Part shown: positions 55,458 through 63,999 of the stretch, piece after piece
How the letters are laid out: each line of letters opens with the position of its first letter
How positions within the stretch are numbered: position 1 is the first letter of the stretch
NCBI GenBank assembly: GCA_963674705.1
Contig: OY771506.1
Coordinates: 1,824,001-1,888,000 of the forward strand
Reading direction: 5' to 3'
DNA from: Phycisphaeraceae bacterium
GTDB taxonomy: Bacteria > Planctomycetota > Phycisphaerae > Phycisphaerales > Phycisphaeraceae
DNA length: 64,000 nt
Position numbers and translations under genes: made by a program
The notes under the pieces: model-generated
What the model saw: the letters and a program-made list of their open reading frames with translations, nothing else
Databases searched by the model: none
What the model was told of the DNA's origin: nothing

Positions 55458-55948
55458 ACAATACGTGTTGATTTAGTCATGGACTTTACGCTGATAGGAA
55501 CATACCAAGCAGACATTCTTTTATCCCAACACCTCGCGCCCAAAAATTCAAGCCATGTAAACTCATGAATTGATTCTACTGTCATTTCTTTACCCAGACG
55601 GACTACTAGCAGGTATTCGAATAGTTGACGGTTGGGAGAATCAGGATCTGGATAGATTGTTCCAGTCTTTTTACCCTTCCAAATAGTCTTGATTGAGTAT
55701 CGATCTCCATTGCGCGACAAGGCATCGACATTCTTGGTGCCAGTTGGTGCGGCCTGTAGGTTGGGCAGGCCCGGCGTCTTCCTAAAATGTTCAATTGCAC
55801 CCTTTTCCCCAATATCTCCTACTGAGAAAGCAATGCCACGCTTACGCATTTCGACTTCTAATGCCGCCCTAAGAGCGATTAGTTCGTCATCTGAAAGAGT
55901 GGGCAGTTTGCCTTTGAACATGGGATGCTGGGTTGATGTGCTCTTCAT
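55454..55948 (-). CDS. Small PD-(D/E)xK restriction-endonuclease-like protein
   Basis: GDIGE...NVDA...RYSIKT spacing of the restriction-endonuclease fold. Confidence 0.6.
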   Translation of the reverse strand: MKSTSTQHPMFKGKLPTLSDDELIALRAALEVEMRKRGIAFSVGDIGEKGAIEHFRKTPGLPNLQAAPTGTKNVDALSRNGDRYSIKTIWKGKKTGTIYPDPDSPNRQLFEYLLVVRLGKEMTVESIHEFTWLEFLGARCWDKRMSAWYVPISVKSMTKSTRIV

Positions 55949-55977
55949 ATTACGAGATTATAGTCACTGGTGGTGCA

Positions 55978-56394
55978 ATGAGTGATGTATTAACACGTGA
56001 GCAACGTAGTTATTGTATGTCGCAGATTCATGGCAAAGACACGAAACCAGAGATGGTGGTACGTCGTGTATTGCATGGGATGGGATACAGATATCGATTA
56101 CACGCTCCGGATCTACCAGGCAAACCTGATATAGTATTTCGTAGTAAGCGGAAGATCGTATTTGTTCATGGGTGCTACTGGCATAGACACACCTGCAAAT
56201 ATGGGAAAGTGGAACCGAGATCAAGGCAAGCATTCTGGCTTGATAAGTTCGCGGCTACGATTGAGCGCGATAGGGCAGTAATCCACAACCTTAGACGTGA
56301 TGGTTGGAAGGTTCTGGTTGTGTGGGAGTGCCAGACGAAAATCCAGAAGTTGGATGAGCTACAGCGTCGATTAGATCGCTTTCTCGGTGAGTAG
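55978..56394 (+). CDS. vsr: Very short patch repair endonuclease
   Basis: DVLTREQRS..MS.I..KDTKPE, LPGKPDI, FVHGCYWH, GWKVLVVWEC. Confidence 0.95.
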   Translation: MSDVLTREQRSYCMSQIHGKDTKPEMVVRRVLHGMGYRYRLHAPDLPGKPDIVFRSKRKIVFVHGCYWHRHTCKYGKVEPRSRQAFWLDKFAATIERDRAVIHNLRRDGWKVLVVWECQTKIQKLDELQRRLDRFLGE

Positions 56395-56427
56395 CTGAAC
56401 TGAACCTAGTTGATGGAGAAGGTGGTT

Positions 56428-56625
56428 TCAGTGTAGAGGAATGCTGAATAGTGCCACTCCAGACTCTAAGGCATCATTATCAGCATATTCACACACAACC
56501 TCATCTGACATGGCGACCACTACTCCATCGGTTCGTCGAAATACAACAAGCCATACGTCACCACCGCTCTGCCAGACGTCACCGCCCAATACATCTGCAA
56601 CTGCTTGTGCTTGATCCTCATCCAT
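56428..56625 (-). CDS. Small acidic hypothetical protein (65 aa)
   Basis: AAAGG SD-like; AQAVADVLGGDVWQSGGDVWLV. Confidence 0.55.
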   Translation of the reverse strand: MDEDQAQAVADVLGGDVWQSGGDVWLVVFRRTDGVVVAMSDEVVCEYADNDALESGVALFSIPLH

Positions 56626-56734
56626 ATCAAGGGCCTTTCACTTAATACGGAAGACTATACAGAATGTAATTGTGGTAATCAATGGAATGCAATATAACCT
56701 TTAGATGCGGCGACTGTGGACTTATCGTAGAGTT

Positions 56735-57343
56735 ATGAACACGAAACGCCGTTATCCAATTGAGGTGCTTACCCCCCAAGAATCATCGACCTTGATAAGC
56801 GCAGTCCGAGGTCACGGAGCATCTGCCATACGAAATCGTGCCCTGATCACGACCTTATACCGGTCTGGGCTGCGGATCAGTGAAGCATTGGACCTTGAGC
56901 CCAAGGATCTGGACGCCCAGCAGGGTTCGATTCGTGTCTGCCGCGGCAAGGGTGGAAAGACTCGCGTTGTGGGAGTTGATCCGGGAGCGGTCGCGATAAT
57001 AGAACGCTGGCTACAATGTCGTCATGAATACGGCATCACTGGCTCGGCGCCTTTGTTTTGCACCTTGTGTGGTGACACGCTATCAGCGTCCTACGTGCGT
57101 AAGATGATCAAGCGATATGCTAGTAAGGCGGGCATCGTCAAGCGTGTACACCCACACGGGCTGCGCCACACGCACGCGGCGGAATTGTGTGCCGAAGGCG
57201 TTCCGATCAATGTCATCAGCAAGCAGCTCGGACACAGCAATATCTCGACCACTAGTCAATACATCGATCACATTGCCCCAAGGCAGGTAATTGAGGCCAT
57301 GCAACAGCGTGCTTGGGTTTGTTTCTCTCAAGAGAAAATCTAA
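56735..57343 (+). CDS. Tyrosine recombinase, catalytic-domain-only (FimB/resolvase-like)
   Basis: RNRALI..LYRSGLRISE, GKGGKTR, HPHGLRH, LGHSN..TT..Y. Confidence 0.9.
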   Translation: MNTKRRYPIEVLTPQESSTLISAVRGHGASAIRNRALITTLYRSGLRISEALDLEPKDLDAQQGSIRVCRGKGGKTRVVGVDPGAVAIIERWLQCRHEYGITGSAPLFCTLCGDTLSASYVRKMIKRYASKAGIVKRVHPHGLRHTHAAELCAEGVPINVISKQLGHSNISTTSQYIDHIAPRQVIEAMQQRAWVCFSQEKI

Positions 57344-57357
57344 GAACACACAGATTT

Positions 57358-58254
57358 TCACTCACCATCTCCCTTGTTGTGCTTGATAAAGTCAATTCGC
57401 CCACCGGTTTCGGTAGGGGTCCAACAACAATCGCGCCCAACGCCAAGCCAACCAATGTCAAGACGATTTGTGGCATGTGGATTATGGCAAATAAGAATAT
57501 CTGTACCAAGCGATTCCGGGTGATTGTATGGGTCGGCATATGCGAATATGACGGCACTGATACCGCTATGCCGCTCTTCAAGAAATAACCTTGAGCTAAT
57601 CCTCGCCCCATAGGCCTTTACCATGTCACGCTGCTCTTGATAATCTTCCTTTACTACCTCCAAAGTTTCTCTATCAAGCGTAACCTGCGGCCACCCTCCC
57701 CCATACAGCACCTGAGCAATGCGTGGAATGTTGAGTTCAGTAAATTTGTTTGGAATGAAACCTGAATTAATGGCAATTATACATACTGAGTCTGTGGAAA
57801 CCCAGCCATTGGACCAGTAGTTTTCATACTTGCGATATTTCGTTTCAAATGCTGAAGTGTATCTCAGCTTGACTTCCTCATGGGGCACATTGTGGACCTT
57901 TCTATCATTTTTATAATCAGGCACGCTATCAGGGCCGCTACCCATCGTTGGTGCTATGGACTCGATCCACATATGTCCCCCCTCATGTTTAATACAGAAG
58001 TCAGGTCCAGCTTGTCGTGGCCGCGCCTGTTGTGGAATGACAGGAATACCCTGCTGAACCAAAACGGCGCCTAGATACATTTCTGCATACCGCTGTGCGT
58101 GATGTTCATGGTAATTCTTCAGGAAATCACGCTCTGCGTAAGGCTCATATAGCTGCCATAAGTATTCCACGTGCTGGCGATCACCTTTGCGGGTGTACAG
58201 ATCTGAAATCCGCTCATCAGAAAGCAAGGGCATGTTACAACTCCAATAAGCCAC
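57358..58254 (-). CDS. Hypothetical protein, PD-(D/E)xK-like
   Basis: YAEMYLG...GPDF......WIESIAP; HNPHA. Confidence 0.6.
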   Translation of the reverse strand: MAYWSCNMPLLSDERISDLYTRKGDRQHVEYLWQLYEPYAERDFLKNYHEHHAQRYAEMYLGAVLVQQGIPVIPQQARPRQAGPDFCIKHEGGHMWIESIAPTMGSGPDSVPDYKNDRKVHNVPHEEVKLRYTSAFETKYRKYENYWSNGWVSTDSVCIIAINSGFIPNKFTELNIPRIAQVLYGGGWPQVTLDRETLEVVKEDYQEQRDMVKAYGARISSRLFLEERHSGISAVIFAYADPYNHPESLGTDILICHNPHATNRLDIGWLGVGRDCCWTPTETGGRIDFIKHNKGDGE

Positions 58255-58320
58255 ATTACATTGGGATACTGCTAAGTGTAATTACTAAAAAGTTCATGTC
58301 GATTGAGCTGGGTACATATA

Positions 58321-58860
58321 TTAATTGTCTTGAGGAAAGAATAATGTTGGGTCCGCATCTTGGTCATTATTTGGATTGATCGATATGACTTCATCGAGAT
58401 CAAAATAAAACACACGCTCTGATACAATCCGATGCTTAATCTTGAAGTTCTTCAGCATCTTCTTAAGCGTACGGACATCACAGTAGAACCAGTTTTTAGC
58501 GGCATGTCTGATGCTCACAGGGCGAGTAGATCTCTCTGGACAGGTAGACGCTCGATTCATATGGGCCACCTGGATACACCATTGCCCAAGGCTTTTTGCG
58601 GATTCGACACACTCTGAGCAAGAGAATCCTATGGGCATAGGCGGGGCTGTAATCGGATCACTTCCGAAGAACATTCGGTATATCTTGTGGGCCTCAATGA
58701 AGAGGTCTGCGCATTCCTTTGCTGCTTGGCGACGAATGCTTGCCTTGTCATTGTGGAGCCTTTCTAGGATGTGGGCCAACTCTGTCGCCATGAGTCTTGG
58801 CCGATCTCTTTTTCTTTGTATCAACAACCTGAAACCTTCTACGGTGAGCCCCTTAGGCAT
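58321..58860 (-). CDS. Integrase-coupled hypothetical protein with C-terminal HTH-like segment
   Basis: ATG overlaps the integrase stop (TAATG); PVSIRHAAKNWFYCDVRTLKKML..ERVFYFDLDE. Confidence 0.6.
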   Translation of the reverse strand: MPKGLTVEGFRLLIQRKRDRPRLMATELAHILERLHNDKASIRRQAAKECADLFIEAHKIYRMFFGSDPITAPPMPIGFSCSECVESAKSLGQWCIQVAHMNRASTCPERSTRPVSIRHAAKNWFYCDVRTLKKMLKNFKIKHRIVSERVFYFDLDEVISINPNNDQDADPTLFFPQDN

Positions 58861-60137
58861 TATCCATTCCTTTCTGCAAGTTCTATCGCTTGGTTTAGGT
58901 TCGTCTGGGCGTAAATCTGGGTGGTTTCTATCTTGCTGTGTCCAAGTAACACCGAAGCGGCTTCGACGCCATGACGCTGGCGTATGTCTGTGGCGAATGA
59001 GTGACGAAGCTGGTTCGGGTGCCAATGCTGAGGGGGCTTCCATCGGCTTAGTTCTTTTCGTTGGTCAGGTGTCAACTCCTTTCTTGGAATCTGGTTGAGC
59101 GTAGGGTGCGGGAAGACCGTGCGGATAGCTCGACGTATGGCCTGGGCATAGGACACTGTTGTGTACTGGCCATTGGGCTTTCGTCGCGGTTTCAATTTGG
59201 ATCGGTCTTGTTGTGACGGTTGGACTTTACTCTTGCGGCGCCGCCGTAGTTGTTTCTTACGTTCGACCTCTGCTTCGTGAGGGCTGAACAGGCATGCGTC
59301 TACATCACGACCAATTATGAATGGCTCAATGATCTCTTTGGCCTTGGGACCTAGGGGGATGAAGCGTTTCTTTCCACGATGTGCGTTCTTGTGATCCTTC
59401 GGATGATATATCCACACGGATCGGCTGCGGTCGATATCGATAGCACGCATTACAACGACTTCACCCGGACGCATGCCTGTCAGTCGTTGCAGCTCGATCA
59501 TAGCCCAGACTTGGCGGGACACATGACTACGGATCGCATCCACGTGCTCCTCGGGAACTGGTTTGATCGGTTCGGATTCAGGTGCCGAAGTGCGGCCCCG
59601 CTGAAGATGATCGATGTCCTCGATATCCGCCCAGACATGGGGTGGCACATACTTGTGCTTCTTACCCCAGCGAAACACCCTTAGTAGGCGATCCATGTTT
59701 TGGTTGATGTATCTGCGGGACCACGGCTTCCCTGTCCGGGCATGTCTTTGACGCACCAATGCTTGTTGGGTCACTTCAAAGCGTGACAACGTGAACTCAC
59801 CGACAGGTGTATGACCGTACAACTTTCGCAGAACACGTAATGCGGGTTTGAAGTTCGCAGGCGTTCGATAGCGCTCGCTCGATAGCGCATCTTGCATGAA
59901 CGCAACCGCAAGTTCAGTGATCGTGATTGTGTCTGATGGATCAACCCGGATGTGTTGTCGATCATTCACCAACCATTCGGCTATCAGGCGATCGTATTCG
60001 GATTTGGAACGCGGATCGTCCCAATGCCCCAAATACATTCGCCTGCCGTTTAGAACGGTATATGCACGATCAGGGCGATTTTTATGTCGCTGTCGTCGAA
60101 AACTTGGGATGCGGGTCTGTGTGTTTCGGTCAGTCAA
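58860..60137 (-). CDS. int: Tyrosine integrase of the island
   Basis: TGMRPGE, HKN.HRGK, WHPNQLRHS, LLGHS..TTQIYA; probable TTG start after GGAG (ORF open to 60200). Confidence 0.93.
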   Translation of the reverse strand: MTDRNTQTRIPSFRRQRHKNRPDRAYTVLNGRRMYLGHWDDPRSKSEYDRLIAEWLVNDRQHIRVDPSDTITITELAVAFMQDALSSERYRTPANFKPALRVLRKLYGHTPVGEFTLSRFEVTQQALVRQRHARTGKPWSRRYINQNMDRLLRVFRWGKKHKYVPPHVWADIEDIDHLQRGRTSAPESEPIKPVPEEHVDAIRSHVSRQVWAMIELQRLTGMRPGEVVVMRAIDIDRSRSVWIYHPKDHKNAHRGKKRFIPLGPKAKEIIEPFIIGRDVDACLFSPHEAEVERKKQLRRRRKSKVQPSQQDRSKLKPRRKPNGQYTTVSYAQAIRRAIRTVFPHPTLNQIPRKELTPDQRKELSRWKPPQHWHPNQLRHSFATDIRQRHGVEAASVLLGHSKIETTQIYAQTNLNQAIELAERNG

Positions 60138-60317
60138 GGCGGCGCTCCAGGCCGACCAAACGTATCCATGGATACGTTCAGCGGGTCTTGTCGCGGCCAC
60201 CCGGGCTAACCGGATGCATCTGAGGTGATCGTCACACCGTCGAGAAGTGGCTCACTAAGTGATTGTCATTCCACCCTTTAACTCTTTGGCAGTGGGCTTC
60301 TGCACTTCATGTCAAAC

Positions 60318-60363
60318 AAAGCGGGTGATGAGATTTGAACTCACGACATTCACGTTGGCAACG
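60318..60363. repeat. att site within tRNA-Gly, 46 bp
   Basis: Identical to 45026-45071. Confidence 0.95.
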
Positions 60364-60391
60364 TGACGCTCTACCACTGAGCTACACCCGC
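60320..60391 (-). tRNA. tRNA-Gly(GCC)
   Basis: GCGGGTG TAGCTCAGTGGTAGAGC G TCACG TTGCCAA CGTGA ATGTC GTGAG TTCAAAT CTCAT CACCCGC T cloverleaf; CCA not encoded. Confidence 0.97.
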
Positions 60392-60665
60392 GTGGTGGGT
60401 TGAGTTACACATTCTATCGAGACTGACGAGCGGTTCAAGTCTGGGGCCGTGGTTCGCGCATTGGCTTCGAAAGATGTCAATATCAGCCCCGTTCTCATTA
60501 CTTCTCAGCGTTGGTCTAGCTGACAGGAATCATTCATTGATACTCCATATAGTCCATTTTTCACGAGTTATCCACCTCATATAGGGGTTTTCGGCGTGGA
60601 ATATGGATTTTGCACTTGTAGTTGTTGCTTTGCGGACAGGATGGTAGTAAGTTCTTAGGCAGAAC

Positions 60666-60910
60666 CCACAGGTGCGTGGTGGTCGGCAGAATAAGCTGCC
60701 GGGGCCACGTGAAAAGGGAAGTGGGGTGCTCGCAACCGGACTTTTGTTATCCCTGGTTGTGAAACTCCCCCGCGGACGCGCCGCCGTATTGGGTGGCCTG
60801 ACCTGAATCGTCGGGCCGGCGTCTTGCCGAATGAGCCACTGATGGGCCTGCAACGGGCCTGTTGGGAAGGCCGGCAAGATGTAAACCCTAAGCCGGAAGA
60901 CCTGCCTGAA
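60666..60910 (+). promoter_or_regulatory. Cobalamin (B12) riboswitch
   Basis: CAGGTGC, AAAAGGGAAGTGGGGTG, AACTCCCCCGCGGACGCGCCGCCGTA, GCCACTG, GGGAAGGC, AAGCCGGAAGACCTGCC B12-box; downstream anti-SD hairpins. Confidence 0.92.
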
Positions 60911-61070
60911 AGGGTGCCGATGGTGTCCTCGCGAACGGGATGCTCGGGCAGCTTCCGCGACGTCGAGACCCCCTCGCCGACCCCGCCCATGCCCAAGCCA
61001 GCTTCGTGAGGACGGACATTCTTTTTGTTCGTCGAGGGGTGCCCTGCGCGAATCGGGGCGAGGAGACACG

Positions 61071-62120
61071 ATGTTGGTTAGATCACGGATGGTGTTCAGT
61101 TGGTTTGCCGCGGCCGGCGCCTGCACAGCGATGTGTGTTACGCCGGCAGATGCTGCGCGGTATGCGGATGTACTCGGCTACTTCGAGCCGGGGCAAAACG
61201 TGGATGTTGTCTACGGCTCAGACCCGCTTGAGTTGTATGACAATCCCCAAGCGGCGCTGGGCGGGCCGGGCGTAGAAGTTCCGTTATCGCAGGGCACGTT
61301 GACGCAGATCGTTTCGCTCGGTGGTTGGACGGACGATGCAAGCAGCGGCACAAATGGTCGCACGACCGGCCTGGTTGTGGGGTTCAGCACCGAAGTCTTG
61401 AACGGCGAAGGGGATGACCTGCTCATCGTCGGCAACGCACCCTACGACTTTGTTTTTTACGAGCCGGGCTTTGTTGAGGTGGCGATCGAATCGGATGGCG
61501 GCGGCGCGACAGCAGACGGCTGGCAGGATGAGACCTTCTACCTGCTTAAACCGGGCAATTACGATCTGATTGCAGACCCGCGCACTTCTTCAAACGCGAT
61601 CGGTATCACCACGAATCCCGACTTCAGCCTGAATTACGCTTCACCGTTTGATGATGACAAGAATCTGCCGGGCTACTTTGACATCACAAACGGCGGAGAT
61701 GTCTTCGATCTGGATGACGTGATCGATGCAGCGGGCAATGCGGTTTCGCTCGAAAGCATCGCTTATGTTCGTCTGCGCTCGGTGAGTGATTCGGATTTCC
61801 CGTTCGGATCGTACTTTGCACCGGAGGTGGATTACCTGGAAGTAATCGAGCAACAGGGTGATCTGGATGGCAATCGCTTTGTCGGGCTGAGTGATCTGGA
61901 TGTTGTCTTAGCATCGTGGAACCAGACCGTGCCGGTGGGATCGCTACTTAACGGCGAGTTGACACACGACGGCTTTGTCGGCTTGGATGACCTGGATGTT
62001 GTGTTGGCGAATTGGAATAGCAATACCTCGCCGACTTCCAGCACTGCTGTGCCAGAGCCCGCGGTTCTTACAGCCATGTTCCCGACTTTATTTGTTTTGA
62101 TCTCACGCCGCTCGAAGTGA
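61071..62120 (+). CDS. PEP-CTERM protein with BtuH-like domain and dockerin-like repeats
   Basis: FEPGQ, VSLGGW, VVGF, GNA, EPG.VEV, GYFD, FDL..VID..GN.V.L..I.YV; two FVGLxDLD repeats; VPEPA..RRSK. Confidence 0.7.
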   Translation: MLVRSRMVFSWFAAAGACTAMCVTPADAARYADVLGYFEPGQNVDVVYGSDPLELYDNPQAALGGPGVEVPLSQGTLTQIVSLGGWTDDASSGTNGRTTGLVVGFSTEVLNGEGDDLLIVGNAPYDFVFYEPGFVEVAIESDGGGATADGWQDETFYLLKPGNYDLIADPRTSSNAIGITTNPDFSLNYASPFDDDKNLPGYFDITNGGDVFDLDDVIDAAGNAVSLESIAYVRLRSVSDSDFPFGSYFAPEVDYLEVIEQQGDLDGNRFVGLSDLDVVLASWNQTVPVGSLLNGELTHDGFVGLDDLDVVLANWNSNTSPTSSTAVPEPAVLTAMFPTLFVLISRRSK

Positions 62121-62166
62121 TTGAGCGCGATGATAATTTTCTTATTCAATGTTGAGGAGAGATAAC

Positions 62167-62913
62167 GTGAAAACGATCATGATGTTGGCAGTTAGCGCCC
62201 TATTGACACAAAACGCGACCGCGACGGTTGTGGATTTCGACGAGTTGAATCCGGCGGATCGTCCTTTGTATGGCCCGGCCAACCCGGGTTTCGTATCCAA
62301 GGGCGTGACATTGGGTGGCGGATTTTACGGCGGCTGGACCTACTCCAATGACAGCGATACGACAACCGCTGGTTTCACCAACCAGTACGCTGCATACACA
62401 GGTACGGATGTCAGCGGTTCGGGGAATTACGGCATCGCATACAACACATCCATCATCGATCTTCCGGCCGGGCAGACACCCGCTTCCATCCAACTGACAA
62501 ACACAACTTATGCGGCACTGTCGATGCTCGATGGCGATAGCTACGCCAAGCAATTCGGCGGCGAAACAGGTGATGACCCGGATTACTTCGATGTCACATT
62601 CACCGGTTTTGCAGAAGCCGGTGCAACGGGATCTGAAACTGGGTCGGTGACCTTCTGTTTAGCGGATTACACCTTCACTGATAACTCGCTCGATTACGTC
62701 GTGGATACCTGGCAATTGCTGGATCTGTCGCCTCTAGGTAACGCGGCATCGATCTCTTTGAGTTGGGAATCAACAGATGTCGGCAGCTACGGGATTAACA
62801 CGCCGACGTATGTCGCGGTTGACGAATTGGTGTTGGTGCCCGAACCGATGGTGATGACATCGATGTTAGTTGCTACAGGTCTTATTGGGATGCGGCGCCG
62901 CCGCGTCGATTAA
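62167..62913 (+). CDS. DUF4465-domain PEP-CTERM protein
   Basis: GWTYSN, NQYAA, TNTTYAALSM.DGD.YAKQFG, LADY, W..LDLS.LG, GINTPTYVAVD; VPEP; GTG start after GAGGAG. Confidence 0.85.
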   Translation: MKTIMMLAVSALLTQNATATVVDFDELNPADRPLYGPANPGFVSKGVTLGGGFYGGWTYSNDSDTTTAGFTNQYAAYTGTDVSGSGNYGIAYNTSIIDLPAGQTPASIQLTNTTYAALSMLDGDSYAKQFGGETGDDPDYFDVTFTGFAEAGATGSETGSVTFCLADYTFTDNSLDYVVDTWQLLDLSPLGNAASISLSWESTDVGSYGINTPTYVAVDELVLVPEPMVMTSMLVATGLIGMRRRRVD

Positions 62914-62928
62914 CCGTTGAGGCACCCC

Positions 62929-62970
62929 GGTCGCGGTCGGGTTAGTGGGAACCCGACCGCGACCTTTTTT
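62929..62970 (+). terminator. Intrinsic terminator
   Basis: ggtcgcggtcgggtt-agtggg-aacccgaccgcgacc perfect 15-bp stem + tttttt. Confidence 0.85.
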
Positions 62971-62994
62971 GTACCGTTCATTTATGAGTGATTG

Positions 62995-63834
62995 ATGACA
63001 GGACAACATAACAACACGCAAGACAGTTGCACGCGAGCGTTCACGCTGATCGAACTGCTTGTCGTGATATCGATTGTTACGGTGTTGCTCGGGATTCTGT
63101 TGCCTGCTTTAGGTAGTGCGCGAGAGACCGGCCGGGGCGCGGTGTGCCTGTCGAACCTGAGGCAACTCGTCACGGCAAACGCTGCCTATGCACAGGATAA
63201 CGGTGGCTACTACGTCCCCGCCGCATTGGATATCTACACAAACAACCTCCAGCGCTGGCACGGCAGACGTAATACGGACGGCTCAGGCACGGACGAGGAC
63301 AAGACATTCGATCCGACACGCGGACCCTTGGTCGACTACGTGGGCTATCAGGGTGAAGTCCGCTATTGCCCTTCGTTTGAGGATCAACTCGATTACGATG
63401 CGCCCGGGTTCGAGGTCGGCACCGGCGGGTATGGCTACAACGGTTCATACATCGGTGGGCGCTGTGATTTGTATGGCACCAACGGCAAGTCCGCGCTCAA
63501 TACCGCACGAGTGGATGATGTCACGCTGCCAACCGAGACGGTTATGTTCACCGATGCAGCGTTTTATAAGATTGTTTCGGGACAGACGAACATCATCGAA
63601 TATTCATTCGCCGAAACGCCTTTCGTACAGCAATTCCCTACCGAGGTCTCGACTTGGAGGCATTCACCATCGATCCACTTCAGGCATCACACCAGCACAC
63701 ATGCTGCCTGGGGCGATGGGCACGTTGATTCACAAGCGATGGACTTCACGCACCCACTGTTCGAAGATTTTTATAAGAACCTGGGTTTTGGCTGGTTCGG
63801 ACCCGAATCGAATGAGCTGTTTGACCTGTATTGA
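62995..63834 (+). CDS. Prepilin N-methylation / DUF1559-type protein with H-X9-DG motif
   Basis: [41 protein letters not shown]..(X)..DGHV. Confidence 0.9.
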   Translation: MTGQHNNTQDSCTRAFTLIELLVVISIVTVLLGILLPALGSARETGRGAVCLSNLRQLVTANAAYAQDNGGYYVPAALDIYTNNLQRWHGRRNTDGSGTDEDKTFDPTRGPLVDYVGYQGEVRYCPSFEDQLDYDAPGFEVGTGGYGYNGSYIGGRCDLYGTNGKSALNTARVDDVTLPTETVMFTDAAFYKIVSGQTNIIEYSFAETPFVQQFPTEVSTWRHSPSIHFRHHTSTHAAWGDGHVDSQAMDFTHPLFEDFYKNLGFGWFGPESNELFDLY

Positions 63835-63999
63835 TCAGTCCGACTCGGCGGCTTTCAGCTTTTCTTTCGGTGGGAGAGTGATCAGGTCACTATCCTCAAA
63901 CAAATGTACTGTGCCGTCCCCGGTGGTTTCTACACGCGGCCGTAAGCCGTGCAGCCACAAGTACAGCGTGCCGTCATGCTTGGTTGCTCTTTCACGGAT
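63835..63999 (-). CDS. 3' end of an unidentified convergent gene (truncated by window)
   Basis: Open frame IRERATKHDGTLYLWLHGLRPRVETTGDG...KAAESD* to the window edge. Confidence 0.45.
   Translation of the reverse strand: MRERATKHDGTLYLWLHGLRPRVETTGDGTVHLFEDSDLITLPPKEKLKAAESD

Larger units (their letters stand above)
45026..60363. mobile_element. Integrative genomic island (~15.3 kb) in tRNA-Gly(GCC)
   Basis: 46-bp direct repeats, tyrosine integrase next to the tRNA, primase-helicase, visibly more AT-rich cargo. Confidence 0.93.

Noticed and set aside
45026..60363. Complete prophage or ICE
   Set aside because: No capsid, portal, large terminase, tail, lysis, relaxase or T4SS genes are recognisable.
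60530..61275. ORFs of 198, 113, 61 and 111 aa
   Set aside because: They overlap the cobalamin riboswitch and its expression platform and have no protein motifs.
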